This document shows, one piece after another, positions 45,124 through 54,173 of a stretch of DNA of 64,000 nucleotides (position 1 is its first letter; every line of letters begins with the position of its first letter). The translations under genes and the position numbers were made by a program. The stretch is from NCBI GenBank assembly GCA_046484285.1, contig JAWOBP010000209.1, positions 659 through 64,658 on the forward strand, read 5' to 3'. Origin of the DNA: Polyangia bacterium. GTDB lineage: Bacteria; Myxococcota_A; Polyangia; JAAYKL01. Below the pieces are notes generated by a model. That model had not been told where the DNA came from, searched no databases, and was given only the letters and a program-made list of their open reading frames with translations.

Positions 45124-48100
45124 AGCCCCATCCGCCGGCGCAGCTCCTGGTGGGTCTTGCTGAAAACGAACTCCATCAGTTCTCCCGCGCCGTCGAGCCG
45201 GGAAAGATCCGCGCTAGTCGCCCCCTGCTCCACCCGCAGCCCGGCGATCGCCCCCTCCAGCGAACCCGCGGCCAGGAAGCCGGCCCTGCGGCCGACGGAG
45301 AGCACGCCCTCGCGCAGGTCGGGATGCTCGAGCGCGGAGCTGCACTCGAAGGCGAACGGCTGCAAGCGCGCCAGCAGCTTGCCCGAGACCGACTCGCGCA
45401 GCGTCGCGGCCTCGGCCTCCAGCGCCGACTCCTCTATCTCGGGCGAGCTGTAGGAAGGCACCGAGATGCGCACCAATGCGGCGACCAGGCGCCGCAGCCG
45501 CGGCTCGGGCAGCATCGTCGCCATCCCCAGCCCCAGCGCGGCGAGCACGACCGCCGAGGCCGCGGCAAAGCTGACCACCGCGGCGTCCTGCGACTCCGCG
45601 ATCGCGGCCGGCACGATCACCGCGGTCCCCGGCCCGCCGGTGACGCGAATCCCACCGGCCGAACCGACGAACACCTGCGGCTCTCCGCGCAGACCGAGCA
45701 TCTCGGCGAAGCGCCCCATCGCGACGCTCAGCGGCGCGTTGCGACCGAGACGGGCGTCCCGTCCGAGCCCCTGCTGCTTGGCGGTCAGCCCCAGCAGCTT
45801 GGCCACCGGCTCGTCCGTGATGCGCAGCGTCTCCCTCAGACCCGAGGGCACCTGCTTGGGAGCCAAAAACTCGAAGACCGCTGGATCGGCCAGCCGCATG
45901 CCGATATCCCAGTGCTCCTCCAACGCCCCCACCTCGGGCAGCCGGCTCGGGTCTCCGCCGGCGAGGCGCACCGCCGTGGCCGCGATCGCGGCCAGCCGAT
46001 CGTCGGCCTTCATCGTCAACAGGCGGTGCACGTTTGCGTACAGGTCGGCGCGCCCGGGCTCGGCCGCGATCGCGCTGGCTTGGGTCAAAAGCGACTGGTC
46101 GAGCAGCACGTTGAGCGCCATCGCGTCGCGCTGCCGGGTGTATATTTCGGCCAGCGCCTCGATCGGACCTGCGTCGAGCGGAGCGATCCTGCGCGCTTCC
46201 GCGAGCAGGCGCTCCGCGTCCTGCGCCCGGCCCAACCGCGCGTCGAGCGTGCGGCCCAGCTCGACCATCTTGTCGACCTTGACCTTCTCGCTGTCGGCCA
46301 TCATCACCAGCCGCTCCAGCGCCTGCGCGACGCGACCCCAGTTCTCCTTGCGCGCGTAGACCGCGGCCAGCCGCTCCATCGCCGCGAAGTGGCCCCGATC
46401 CCAGCCCAGGACCTTGACGAAGCTCTTCTCGGCCAGATCGAGGTGCTCGGTGTGCTCCATGTAGAGCACACCCAGATCGAAAAATATCTCTATCCCCATC
46501 CGCGGATCGCGGGTGCTGCGAGCCGCCTGGACCAGGTGCTCGATCGACTCGTTCCATTCGCCGTCCTCGCGGTGCAGGGCGGCCAGCTTGCGGCGGGTCT
46601 CCAGGTCGGCCGGCGCGATCTCCAGCGCCAGCCCGAGGGCGATCTTGGCCGGATCGCGCTCCCCGATCGACAGCCGCGTGGCGCCCAGCTCCAGCAGCAG
46701 GCGGTGCTTGGCCCGCTGATCCTCGATCCCGTGAATGCGCGCCGCGATCAATCCCGCCAGCAGACCGCGGTCCCCGACCTCCTCGGCCAGCGCCCGCCCC
46801 ATCCGAAATGCCTCTTCGTTTTGCGGATCGATCTCCAGCGCTGCCAGGCACTCCGCCGCGGCGCGGGCGTCGTCCCCCAGTCGATCGCGGGCGACTCGCG
46901 CGGCCTGCAGCAGCTTTTCGACGCGGTGGGAGCCGACCGCGGCCCGCCGCGCCATCTCCTCGCAGGTCGCGATCACGCCTTCGAAATCGCCCAGGGCTTC
47001 CAGGTGCCGCACGCAGCCCTCGCGGTCGAGCAGCGACTCCTCTCTCAACTCGAGAGCTTCGCGCCGCCCGGCGAGCGCGGCCGCGAAGTCTCCGCTTTCC
47101 TCGCGCCGATCGGCCAGCCGCGAGAGGTGGATACCCGAGCCCTCGAGCAGCCGCGCCGTCTGCGCCAGACAGCGCTCGCTCTCCGCGCGGTCGTCGGTCA
47201 ATCCCTCGAGCGCCACCAGGTCGACCGCGCACGACGGCCTGCGTTCGACCGCGATTCGCAGCGGCCCCGGATCCGCGGAGTCGATCCGCCAGGCCGTCGC
47301 GGCCAGCGCGGCGGCATCCCGGTCGTCGTCCAGGGCGCTCGCCAGCCCGGGCAGCACGCCGGCCAGGTCCAGGTCGCGCCCCTGGCGCGCGTAGAAGAGC
47401 GCCAGCTTGGCCAGCGCGGTCCGATTGCCGGGCAAGACCTCGTCGAGCGAGACCAAAGAGAGAACCGAGGAGGAGGCGTCCTTGCCGAAACGAAGATCGA
47501 CATCGGCCATCCGCACGTAGATCCTCGCCTCGTGCTCTGGTGACTCGGCCTCGCGGAGCTCGGCCAGCAGCAGACCCGAGACCACGCTCCAGCGGCCCGA
47601 GACGAGCAGCGCGTCGACATAGGCCGCGCGCCCGATCGGATCATCTGGCAGCGACTCCACGACCCGCTCGAGCCACTCGGTGGCCGCCGCGGGCCGGCCA
47701 TCTCGAATCACGCCCGCCAGCGCGAACATCTCGTCACCACGCAGATCGCCGCTCTCCGCTGACGGCTCGGGGAACCGATCTCCGATCCCGGAGGGAAACA
47801 GCTCCGAGATCCACAGCGTGGCGCGCCACAGCTCCACGTCCCGGCGCAACACCTTTTGCGCGCCGAGCAGCAGATCCAGGACGCGCTCGTCCGGAGAGGC
47901 CGCGGCGCGATGCACGGCGGCGCGCAGCAGCAGCCCGGCGCTCTCCGCTTCGTCGCCGGACGCCTGCGCCGCGGCGGCGTACGCCTCGCCGATCGAGAGG
48001 TGATCGGCGCGCCCGCGTTCCAGCGCGAGCAGGGCCGGGCGGCAGGCGGGATCGATCTCCAGCGCCAGGCGCTGCAGCTCCTCGGCGCGCCCGGCGTCCA

Positions 48101-49676
48101 CTTTGGACAGGTGGTGCGCCGCCCAGGCCAGATGCAGCGCTCGGCCGGCGGAATCCTGGCTCTGATCGGCCTCGGCCTCGGCGAGCGCGGCGAGCGTCTC
48201 CGCATCTCCGGCGTGCATCCTGATCAGCGAAGGCAGCGGCTCGCGGGTCAGATCTCCGCCCTCCCGGCGCAGCAGATCGACCGCCTCTCCGGCGGCATCC
48301 GGATCCTCGCGCGCCAGCGCTGCCTGGGCCACCGCGAGACCCCAGCGGTCGTCGTCCTCTTCTGCCATCCCGCGCAGCAACTCCAGCGCGGAGGCGAGAT
48401 TCCGCGGCGAACGTTCGGCAAGCGAGCGGAACAACGCCGTGCCCGCATCCTCCCGCTCGGATTCGACTCTCGCGAGCGGATCGGAGACCGGATGTCCGAA
48501 CAAGGCCGCCACCGCCCGGCCACGCGGACCCCGCTCGGCCAGCTCGGCCGCGTCCGGAAGCCCGGCGCCCCCGGCGCCGGAGACACGTCGCGCAAGCGCG
48601 GCGTCCAGCTCCGCCGCAGCCGCTATCCGCGGCGTGGAGAACACCTCGGAGACCAGCGACACCGCCCTCTGCTCCGCGGTCGGTGAAGGCTCCCTCAGCG
48701 ATCCGACCCAGCTCGCCTCCCAGCGTTGCTCCGGTCGGGAGGAGGCCGATTCGGCGGACGTGGACCTCTCGTCGAGGATCGCGCCGATCAGCGCCGAGAA
48801 GATACGTACCGCCTCGGCGAGATCTCCTTCGCCGAGGCCCTCCGCTAGCCCGTCGAGAAACGAGACGGCCCGCTCGGTCTCGCCGGTCCTCAGCGCCAGC
48901 CTGGCTCCCAGCCACGATTCCGCAGCCCCGAGCCCGCGTTCCTCTCCGCCGTCTACCCCGACCAGGTGACGAAGCGACTCGTCGGCCCTCTCCCGGCGCT
49001 CCTCGACCAACGCCAACAAGAAGCGCGCGGCCGCGCCGCCGGCTCTCGTCGGCCAGTGCTCGACGATCGCCGCCAACGACTCGGCGAGGTCATCCTCCTC
49101 CGACTCCCGGACTGCAACGGGCAGCATCAGCAGCCGTGGCACCAGCGCTCCGGAATGCGCCTGCGCGGCCTCCCGCAGGGCCTCGAGCGCGGCCGGCGCG
49201 TCGTCCTCTTGCAGCCTCGAGCTGCTCTTCTCCGCCAGGATCGCCGCGGACTCGAGCGGATCGGTCAGACGGGCTATCTGATCTTCCAGCACGGCGGCCA
49301 GCAGATCCCGATCCCGGGAGCGACGGGCCAGGCGGCGCAGCGCGTCACCGGCGGGCTTGTGCTCCGGAAAAACGACCAGCGCCCGCCCGTGACAGATCCA
49401 GGCCCGATCCGGCCTGTCCAGCCGCCGATCGAGGAGACGACCGGCCTCGTGCCAGCACGAAGCCGCGATCATCGGCGACCGCGAGGCGACCTCCACGGCG
49501 TTGTTCGCCAGGGAACGAACGCGATCCTCGATCCCGGCGTCGGTCCGAGCCGCGTTCTCCCTGTCGGGCCGAAGTGCGTCCGGCGGCGGCCCGAACGGGA
49601 GATCCTCGGGCGGCGGCGCACCCTCGAGGGTGAGCAGAAAATCCGCTTCGGCGCCGGCTCGCGGATCCCGGCTCAT
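45120..49676 (-). CDS. Giant TPR/alpha-solenoid protein (about 1518 aa) with degenerate M48-like C-terminal domain
   Basis: Repeated helical units such as ALEIDP..EAF and LAALH...GEW. The C-terminus reads RRAGFLAAGSL...ELMEFVFS. ATG at 49676 overlaps the upstream stop. Confidence 0.75.
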   Translation of the reverse strand: MSRDPRAGAEADFLLTLEGAPPPEDLPFGPPPDALRPDRENAARTDAGIEDRVRSLANNAVEVASRSPMIAASCWHEAGRLLDRRLDRPDRAWICHGRALVVFPEHKPAGDALRRLARRSRDRDLLAAVLEDQIARLTDPLESAAILAEKSSSRLQEDDAPAALEALREAAQAHSGALVPRLLMLPVAVRESEEDDLAESLAAIVEHWPTRAGGAAARFLLALVEERRERADESLRHLVGVDGGEERGLGAAESWLGARLALRTGETERAVSFLDGLAEGLGEGDLAEAVRIFSALIGAILDERSTSAESASSRPEQRWEASWVGSLREPSPTAEQRAVSLVSEVFSTPRIAAAAELDAALARRVSGAGGAGLPDAAELAERGPRGRAVAALFGHPVSDPLARVESEREDAGTALFRSLAERSPRNLASALELLRGMAEEDDDRWGLAVAQAALAREDPDAAGEAVDLLRREGGDLTREPLPSLIRMHAGDAETLAALAEAEADQSQDSAGRALHLAWAAHHLSKVDAGRAEELQRLALEIDPACRPALLALERGRADHLSIGEAYAAAAQASGDEAESAGLLLRAAVHRAAASPDERVLDLLLGAQKVLRRDVELWRATLWISELFPSGIGDRFPEPSAESGDLRGDEMFALAGVIRDGRPAAATEWLERVVESLPDDPIGRAAYVDALLVSGRWSVVSGLLLAELREAESPEHEARIYVRMADVDLRFGKDASSSVLSLVSLDEVLPGNRTALAKLALFYARQGRDLDLAGVLPGLASALDDDRDAAALAATAWRIDSADPGPLRIAVERRPSCAVDLVALEGLTDDRAESERCLAQTARLLEGSGIHLSRLADRREESGDFAAALAGRREALELREESLLDREGCVRHLEALGDFEGVIATCEEMARRAAVGSHRVEKLLQAARVARDRLGDDARAAAECLAALEIDPQNEEAFRMGRALAEEVGDRGLLAGLIAARIHGIEDQRAKHRLLLELGATRLSIGERDPAKIALGLALEIAPADLETRRKLAALHREDGEWNESIEHLVQAARSTRDPRMGIEIFFDLGVLYMEHTEHLDLAEKSFVKVLGWDRGHFAAMERLAAVYARKENWGRVAQALERLVMMADSEKVKVDKMVELGRTLDARLGRAQDAERLLAEARRIAPLDAGPIEALAEIYTRQRDAMALNVLLDQSLLTQASAIAAEPGRADLYANVHRLLTMKADDRLAAIAATAVRLAGGDPSRLPEVGALEEHWDIGMRLADPAVFEFLAPKQVPSGLRETLRITDEPVAKLLGLTAKQQGLGRDARLGRNAPLSVAMGRFAEMLGLRGEPQVFVGSAGGIRVTGGPGTAVIVPAAIAESQDAAVVSFAAASAVVLAALGLGMATMLPEPRLRRLVAALVRISVPSYSSPEIEESALEAEAATLRESVSGKLLARLQPFAFECSSALEHPDLREGVLSVGRRAGFLAAGSLEGAIAGLRVEQGATSADLSRLDGAGELMEFVFSKTHQELRRRMGL

Positions 49677-52600
49677 CTCTTCTCCCCTCTTTGAATCTCC
49701 AGCACTTGGACGTTCCTCTCCGACAGAACGAAACGGAGTAGCTCGCGGGTGCGGGGAATCTTCGACAGCGCGCCGCTCGCATCGTCGCGAAAGCGCACCA
49801 GACCGGAGGGCCCGGCCGACTCTTCGATCAGCAGCGCCACCGCGGCTCCGATCGATCCGGTCGCCAGCAAACCGAAGCGATCCGCCGAGTAGGAGGTGGC
49901 GGCCGCCCACTCGCGGATCTGCCTGGGATCGGTCGCGAGCAGCTCGCGACACGGATCGGAAAGCGCGCGGCGCAGCTTGCGCTTGATCGCCTTGCGCGCC
50001 CGGCGCACGAGATCCGCGTCAGTCGGCAGCGGGAGGCCGGAGTCCTCTCCCAGGGTCGCCGCCGTGACCGCGATCACCCAGCGGACCGGAGCCGCGGCCT
50101 CGCCCTCCTCGAACGCTCCCAGCCCGGCCGCTGCGCGCCACAGGTCGCGCGCAAGGAAGAAACGCTGCCGCGCTTCTGGCGGCGAGATCACATCCGGAGC
50201 CACGGCCAGGGACGGCGGCCAGCCGGGCAGCGCAGAACAGCCGCGCGGATCGGATCCGGCGCGATGGACCTCCAGCTCCTCGACACCGATCGCGGCGCCC
50301 CAACCGGCGACCCATCCTTGCAGCGCGTCGTCCTTGTCCACCAATGTCGAGCGCCCGATCGCCGGGTATCTCTCGTCGTCGCCGAAGACCGCGCGTCCCA
50401 GCGGCGCGGCGATCCGGATCACGCGGGAGGCGGGGCAGGCGGCGTCGTCCGGGTGGGCCAGCAAACGGACCAGCTCCTCCGCTCTCGAGGCGGGGGGCGC
50501 GGGCGGCTCCTCGGCATCCAGGCGCAGCTCTCCTCCACGGTACAGATCCAGCACGGCCTCGCACGCCTCCGCGGTAACGTCGTCGCCGAGCTCGGCCGCC
50601 ACCTCGGCGAGCCGCGCCGTCGCATCCGAGTCCACCGGCCGTTCGTCGAGCCCCGCCCGAATCGCGGCTCGGGCCTTTACGAAACGCGGCCGCAGCTCCG
50701 CCGGATCGGCGACGAACTGGCTCGCCATCCGCAGGCCGTCCACGTCGTCCGGATTCTGACTCAGGAGCCGATCGATCACCTCGGAGGCCGCGTCCGGATC
50801 GAACAGCTTCTCCAGCCGCAGGTGCGCCTCCTCGCGCATCACGTCTGCTCGCTTGGCTTCGTCCCCGACCCGCGCCGCCAGCAGCGCCAGCGCCTCGGCC
50901 GCCTCCTCCCACAGCCCCCCTTTGGACGCAATATCGGCCAGCTGGCGCAACGTCTGCGGATGCTCGTCTCCCTCGCGGTAACGGAAGCGCAGCAGCGAGA
51001 CCGCGGCAGGGATGTCGCCGGCCTCTCCGGCCAGGATCTCCGCGGCTCGCCACAACGAGGTGCGCGCCTCGACCGGGTCCTCCAGCGCTGCGGCGTACTC
51101 CTTCAACGCGGCGACTGCCTCCAGCCAGCGCTCGGCGACCACCAGTATGTCGATCTTGGTGCGGTGCGCGGCGGCGCGCTGCGGCTCGAGCAGCAGCAAG
51201 TTCTCCACCGCTTCCAGCGCGCCGTCGAAATCGTCCATGGCCAGCAGCCGATCCGCCTGCTCCTGGTACAGCTCGACGAGTCGATCCGCGTCGTACTCCG
51301 CCTCGATGTGAGTCTCTATCTGCTCGGCGAGACCGCTTTCGTCGCCCTTCTCTCTCAGTATCCTGGACAGCAGCTCGTTGGCCTCCATGTGATTCGGAAC
51401 GCGACGAACTGCCTCGCGCAGCAACCTCTCGGCACCCTCCTTTTGTCCCAGGTCGGAAAGCAGAATCTCCGCCGCACGCAAGAGCTGCCTGGCCTTCTCT
51501 TCCTGCGTCCCGTAGAAGCCGGCCAGCCGTCCGTGCGCTTCGGCGGCCTTTTCGTAATCTCCGCAGGCATGGGCCAGCCTGGCCAGCGCCTCGAGCAGGC
51601 CCGGATGATCCTCGGCCCGCTCGACGCCCTCGCGGACGACCTCCAGCGCCGCGGCCGCGTCGCCCGCGTCCTCCAGCGCCTCGGCCGTGTCGAGCAGCCA
51701 GTCGGCCCACTCGAGCACGTCTCCCCCGGCGGCCAGCTCGGCCCGTGCGGCGAGCAGATCGGCCCCTCCTTCCGCCCTTGGATGCAGCCGATCCGCGGCG
51801 TGCCAGACCGCCTCCGGCGAGCGGAGATCTGTCTTCTCGAGGCCGGCCTCGCCTTCTTCCGCGCCGGACCGGATCAGGCTCGCCGCGATCCGGCACGCGC
51901 CGGCCAGCTCTTCTCCCGGGGCCGTCTCGGCCATCTCGCTCAACGCCCGCGCCGCACCGGCCAGGCGCTCCGGACGTCCGCCCGCGAGCAGTCTCCACAG
52001 CCGCGCGGTCTCGTCATCGGCGCCGCTGTCCCCGATCAGCTCGGCCGCCGCGTCGGTGCCCCGCAGCGCCCGCGTCGACTCGAGCAGCTCCGGCGCGAAC
52101 AAAGTGCGTTCCTCCGAGCCCGCGCCGCCAGCCAGAGTCGCCAGCCTCTCGCAAAAGCCGTCTTCGTCGCCGCCGAGGCGGGCCGCGACTGCGGCCAGCA
52201 ACTGCGCGGCGATCGCCGGCGGCCCCTCCAGCGAATCGACGGCCGCGGACAGCTTGTCGACCGCCTCGGCCTCGCGGCCGAGCACCAGCAGCTTCAGCGC
52301 GCCCGTGAGCAACGCCAGGCGAGGAGCGTCCTCCGGGTGTGACTCCGCCAGCCGCTCGAGCCCCGCATCGGCCGCCTCCCAGTCTCCGAGCCGGATCGAC
52401 GTGCGAAGATCGCCCCAGGCCGCGGCGACGTCTTCCGGGTCCAGCGCGATCAGGTCGGTGAAGATCTCTCTGGCCGCGGCCACATCGCCGAGCACGTGCT
52501 CCAGGATCGCCGCTCGCTCGTGCAGATAAATCCGGGAGCTCTCCGGCTCCTGCGATTCCTCGCAGGTGCGCTCCAGCTCCGAGGAGAGGTCCTCCCAGCG

Positions 52601-54169
52601 CCCGGACGCGCGCAGCAGGCGCAGCGAGAGGCGCCGCGCCGCCGCGGAATCGGGATCGACCCCTTCCGCGCGGCCGGCCAGCTCCAGCGCCCGAACGGCG
52701 TCCCCTTCAGACTCGGCGCAGCGAGAGGCGGCCACCAGCAGCGCCGCGCTCGGCTCCGCCGACGAGGTCGACTCGCTCCAGGCGACGAGCTTCGCGGATC
52801 GCTCCGAAGGCGCGGAGCGCAGAGCGTCCAGCGGCGGATCCCACGGGGTCGGCTCCTCGCTCGGCGGCGGCCAGGGAGTATCGGCCGCTGCCCGCTCCGC
52901 CGCCATCAGGCGGGCGATCTCTCCACCGCGGCCCGCGGCCAGCAGCTCGGCCGCGACCCGCCCTGCCTCCGGATGATCCAGGTTCTCCTCGAGCCAGCGC
53001 CGGGAGACCTGCACGGCCTCGGTTACGTCCGCCTCGCCCCCTTCGTCGCCGGACAGCTCGGCCAGCGCCTCCAGAAACCGCGAGCCGCTGCGCGCTACCG
53101 CGGCCCGCGCCCGCTCGGCGGCGCGCTCCGTTCGTCCGGCGCACAGCTCCAGCAGCGCGCGCTCGCCCGCGCTCGCCCGCTCGAAAACGGTGTCGGCCGC
53201 CTCCTCCAGGCGACCGCCGGCCGCCAGCAGCCGCGTCCGCTCCCGCGCCAGCAGGATCGACTCCGGCCGCAGCTCCAGCGCTCGCTCCAGCGCTTCCAGC
53301 GCTCCGTCGAAATCGTCGCGCTCCCGCTCGCGCGAGCGCGCCAGCCTCCAGAGACCGGCGGCGGCGGCGGACGCCCCTCTTTCCAGCCCGTCGAAGTCGT
53401 GTCCCAAAGGCCGATCGTCGTTGCGGGCGAGCGGCTCCTCGAGTGCCCCGGCTATCATCCTCTCCAGCGCTCCGTCGTGCACCTCCCACGCACCGAGCTC
53501 CGAGGCCGACCTCGCCAGCTCCTCGAGCACGCTCCAATCGCGAACGCCGCTTTGCAAGACCTCTTCGTAGAGAGCGATCCTGCGAACCTCGTCCCCGCCT
53601 CGATCGCGCAGCACGCCGGCCAGCTCCAGCAGCAAAGCCGCCTTCCAGAGCGGATCGCCGCTGGCGCGGGCCGCCTCCTCCAGGCGCTCGGGAAGATCGT
53701 CGGCGCCCTCCACGAGCGCCTTCTCCAGGCGCGTCCAGCGGATACCGCGATGCTCGGAATCCTCGCTCGCGGCCGCCTCGAGGCTCTCCAGGGCCCCTTC
53801 CGGATCGGAGAAGTCCGACGAGCGCAATCGCGCCAGCGCCAGCTGGCAGGCGACGCGATCCTCGACCCGGCGCGCCGCGGCGAGCAGCGCCTCGAGGGCG
53901 TCGGCCCGCTCGCGCGTCCCCCGGCTGACGGCCGACCGCCACAGATCCCAGGCGATCTCCGACGATTCGGGGCTGAGCTCGGCGGCCGCCTCCAACCTGG
54001 CCTCCGCCTCCCGGCGGGAGCCGAGCCGCTCGCCGAGCACGCGCGCCAGGTCGTGACTCAGCACCGACAGCCTGGCCGGCTCTCCGCCCGCGCCGATCTC
54101 CGCCAGAAGCCTTTCCGAGAGAGACGACCAGTAAGCGCGGGCCTCGTCGTTTGAAAAACCGTTCGTCAT
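49673..54169 (-). CDS. Giant TPR/alpha-solenoid protein (about 1498 aa) with degenerate M48-like C-terminal domain
   Basis: TPR-like repeats throughout. The C-terminus reads RFFLARDLW...SADRFGLLATG...ELLRFVLS. Confidence 0.75.
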   Translation of the reverse strand: MTNGFSNDEARAYWSSLSERLLAEIGAGGEPARLSVLSHDLARVLGERLGSRREAEARLEAAAELSPESSEIAWDLWRSAVSRGTRERADALEALLAAARRVEDRVACQLALARLRSSDFSDPEGALESLEAAASEDSEHRGIRWTRLEKALVEGADDLPERLEEAARASGDPLWKAALLLELAGVLRDRGGDEVRRIALYEEVLQSGVRDWSVLEELARSASELGAWEVHDGALERMIAGALEEPLARNDDRPLGHDFDGLERGASAAAAGLWRLARSRERERDDFDGALEALERALELRPESILLARERTRLLAAGGRLEEAADTVFERASAGERALLELCAGRTERAAERARAAVARSGSRFLEALAELSGDEGGEADVTEAVQVSRRWLEENLDHPEAGRVAAELLAAGRGGEIARLMAAERAAADTPWPPPSEEPTPWDPPLDALRSAPSERSAKLVAWSESTSSAEPSAALLVAASRCAESEGDAVRALELAGRAEGVDPDSAAARRLSLRLLRASGRWEDLSSELERTCEESQEPESSRIYLHERAAILEHVLGDVAAAREIFTDLIALDPEDVAAAWGDLRTSIRLGDWEAADAGLERLAESHPEDAPRLALLTGALKLLVLGREAEAVDKLSAAVDSLEGPPAIAAQLLAAVAARLGGDEDGFCERLATLAGGAGSEERTLFAPELLESTRALRGTDAAAELIGDSGADDETARLWRLLAGGRPERLAGAARALSEMAETAPGEELAGACRIAASLIRSGAEEGEAGLEKTDLRSPEAVWHAADRLHPRAEGGADLLAARAELAAGGDVLEWADWLLDTAEALEDAGDAAAALEVVREGVERAEDHPGLLEALARLAHACGDYEKAAEAHGRLAGFYGTQEEKARQLLRAAEILLSDLGQKEGAERLLREAVRRVPNHMEANELLSRILREKGDESGLAEQIETHIEAEYDADRLVELYQEQADRLLAMDDFDGALEAVENLLLLEPQRAAAHRTKIDILVVAERWLEAVAALKEYAAALEDPVEARTSLWRAAEILAGEAGDIPAAVSLLRFRYREGDEHPQTLRQLADIASKGGLWEEAAEALALLAARVGDEAKRADVMREEAHLRLEKLFDPDAASEVIDRLLSQNPDDVDGLRMASQFVADPAELRPRFVKARAAIRAGLDERPVDSDATARLAEVAAELGDDVTAEACEAVLDLYRGGELRLDAEEPPAPPASRAEELVRLLAHPDDAACPASRVIRIAAPLGRAVFGDDERYPAIGRSTLVDKDDALQGWVAGWGAAIGVEELEVHRAGSDPRGCSALPGWPPSLAVAPDVISPPEARQRFFLARDLWRAAAGLGAFEEGEAAAPVRWVIAVTAATLGEDSGLPLPTDADLVRRARKAIKRKLRRALSDPCRELLATDPRQIREWAAATSYSADRFGLLATGSIGAAVALLIEESAGPSGLVRFRDDASGALSKIPRTRELLRFVLSERNVQVLEIQRGEKR

Positions 54170-54173
54170 CGTT

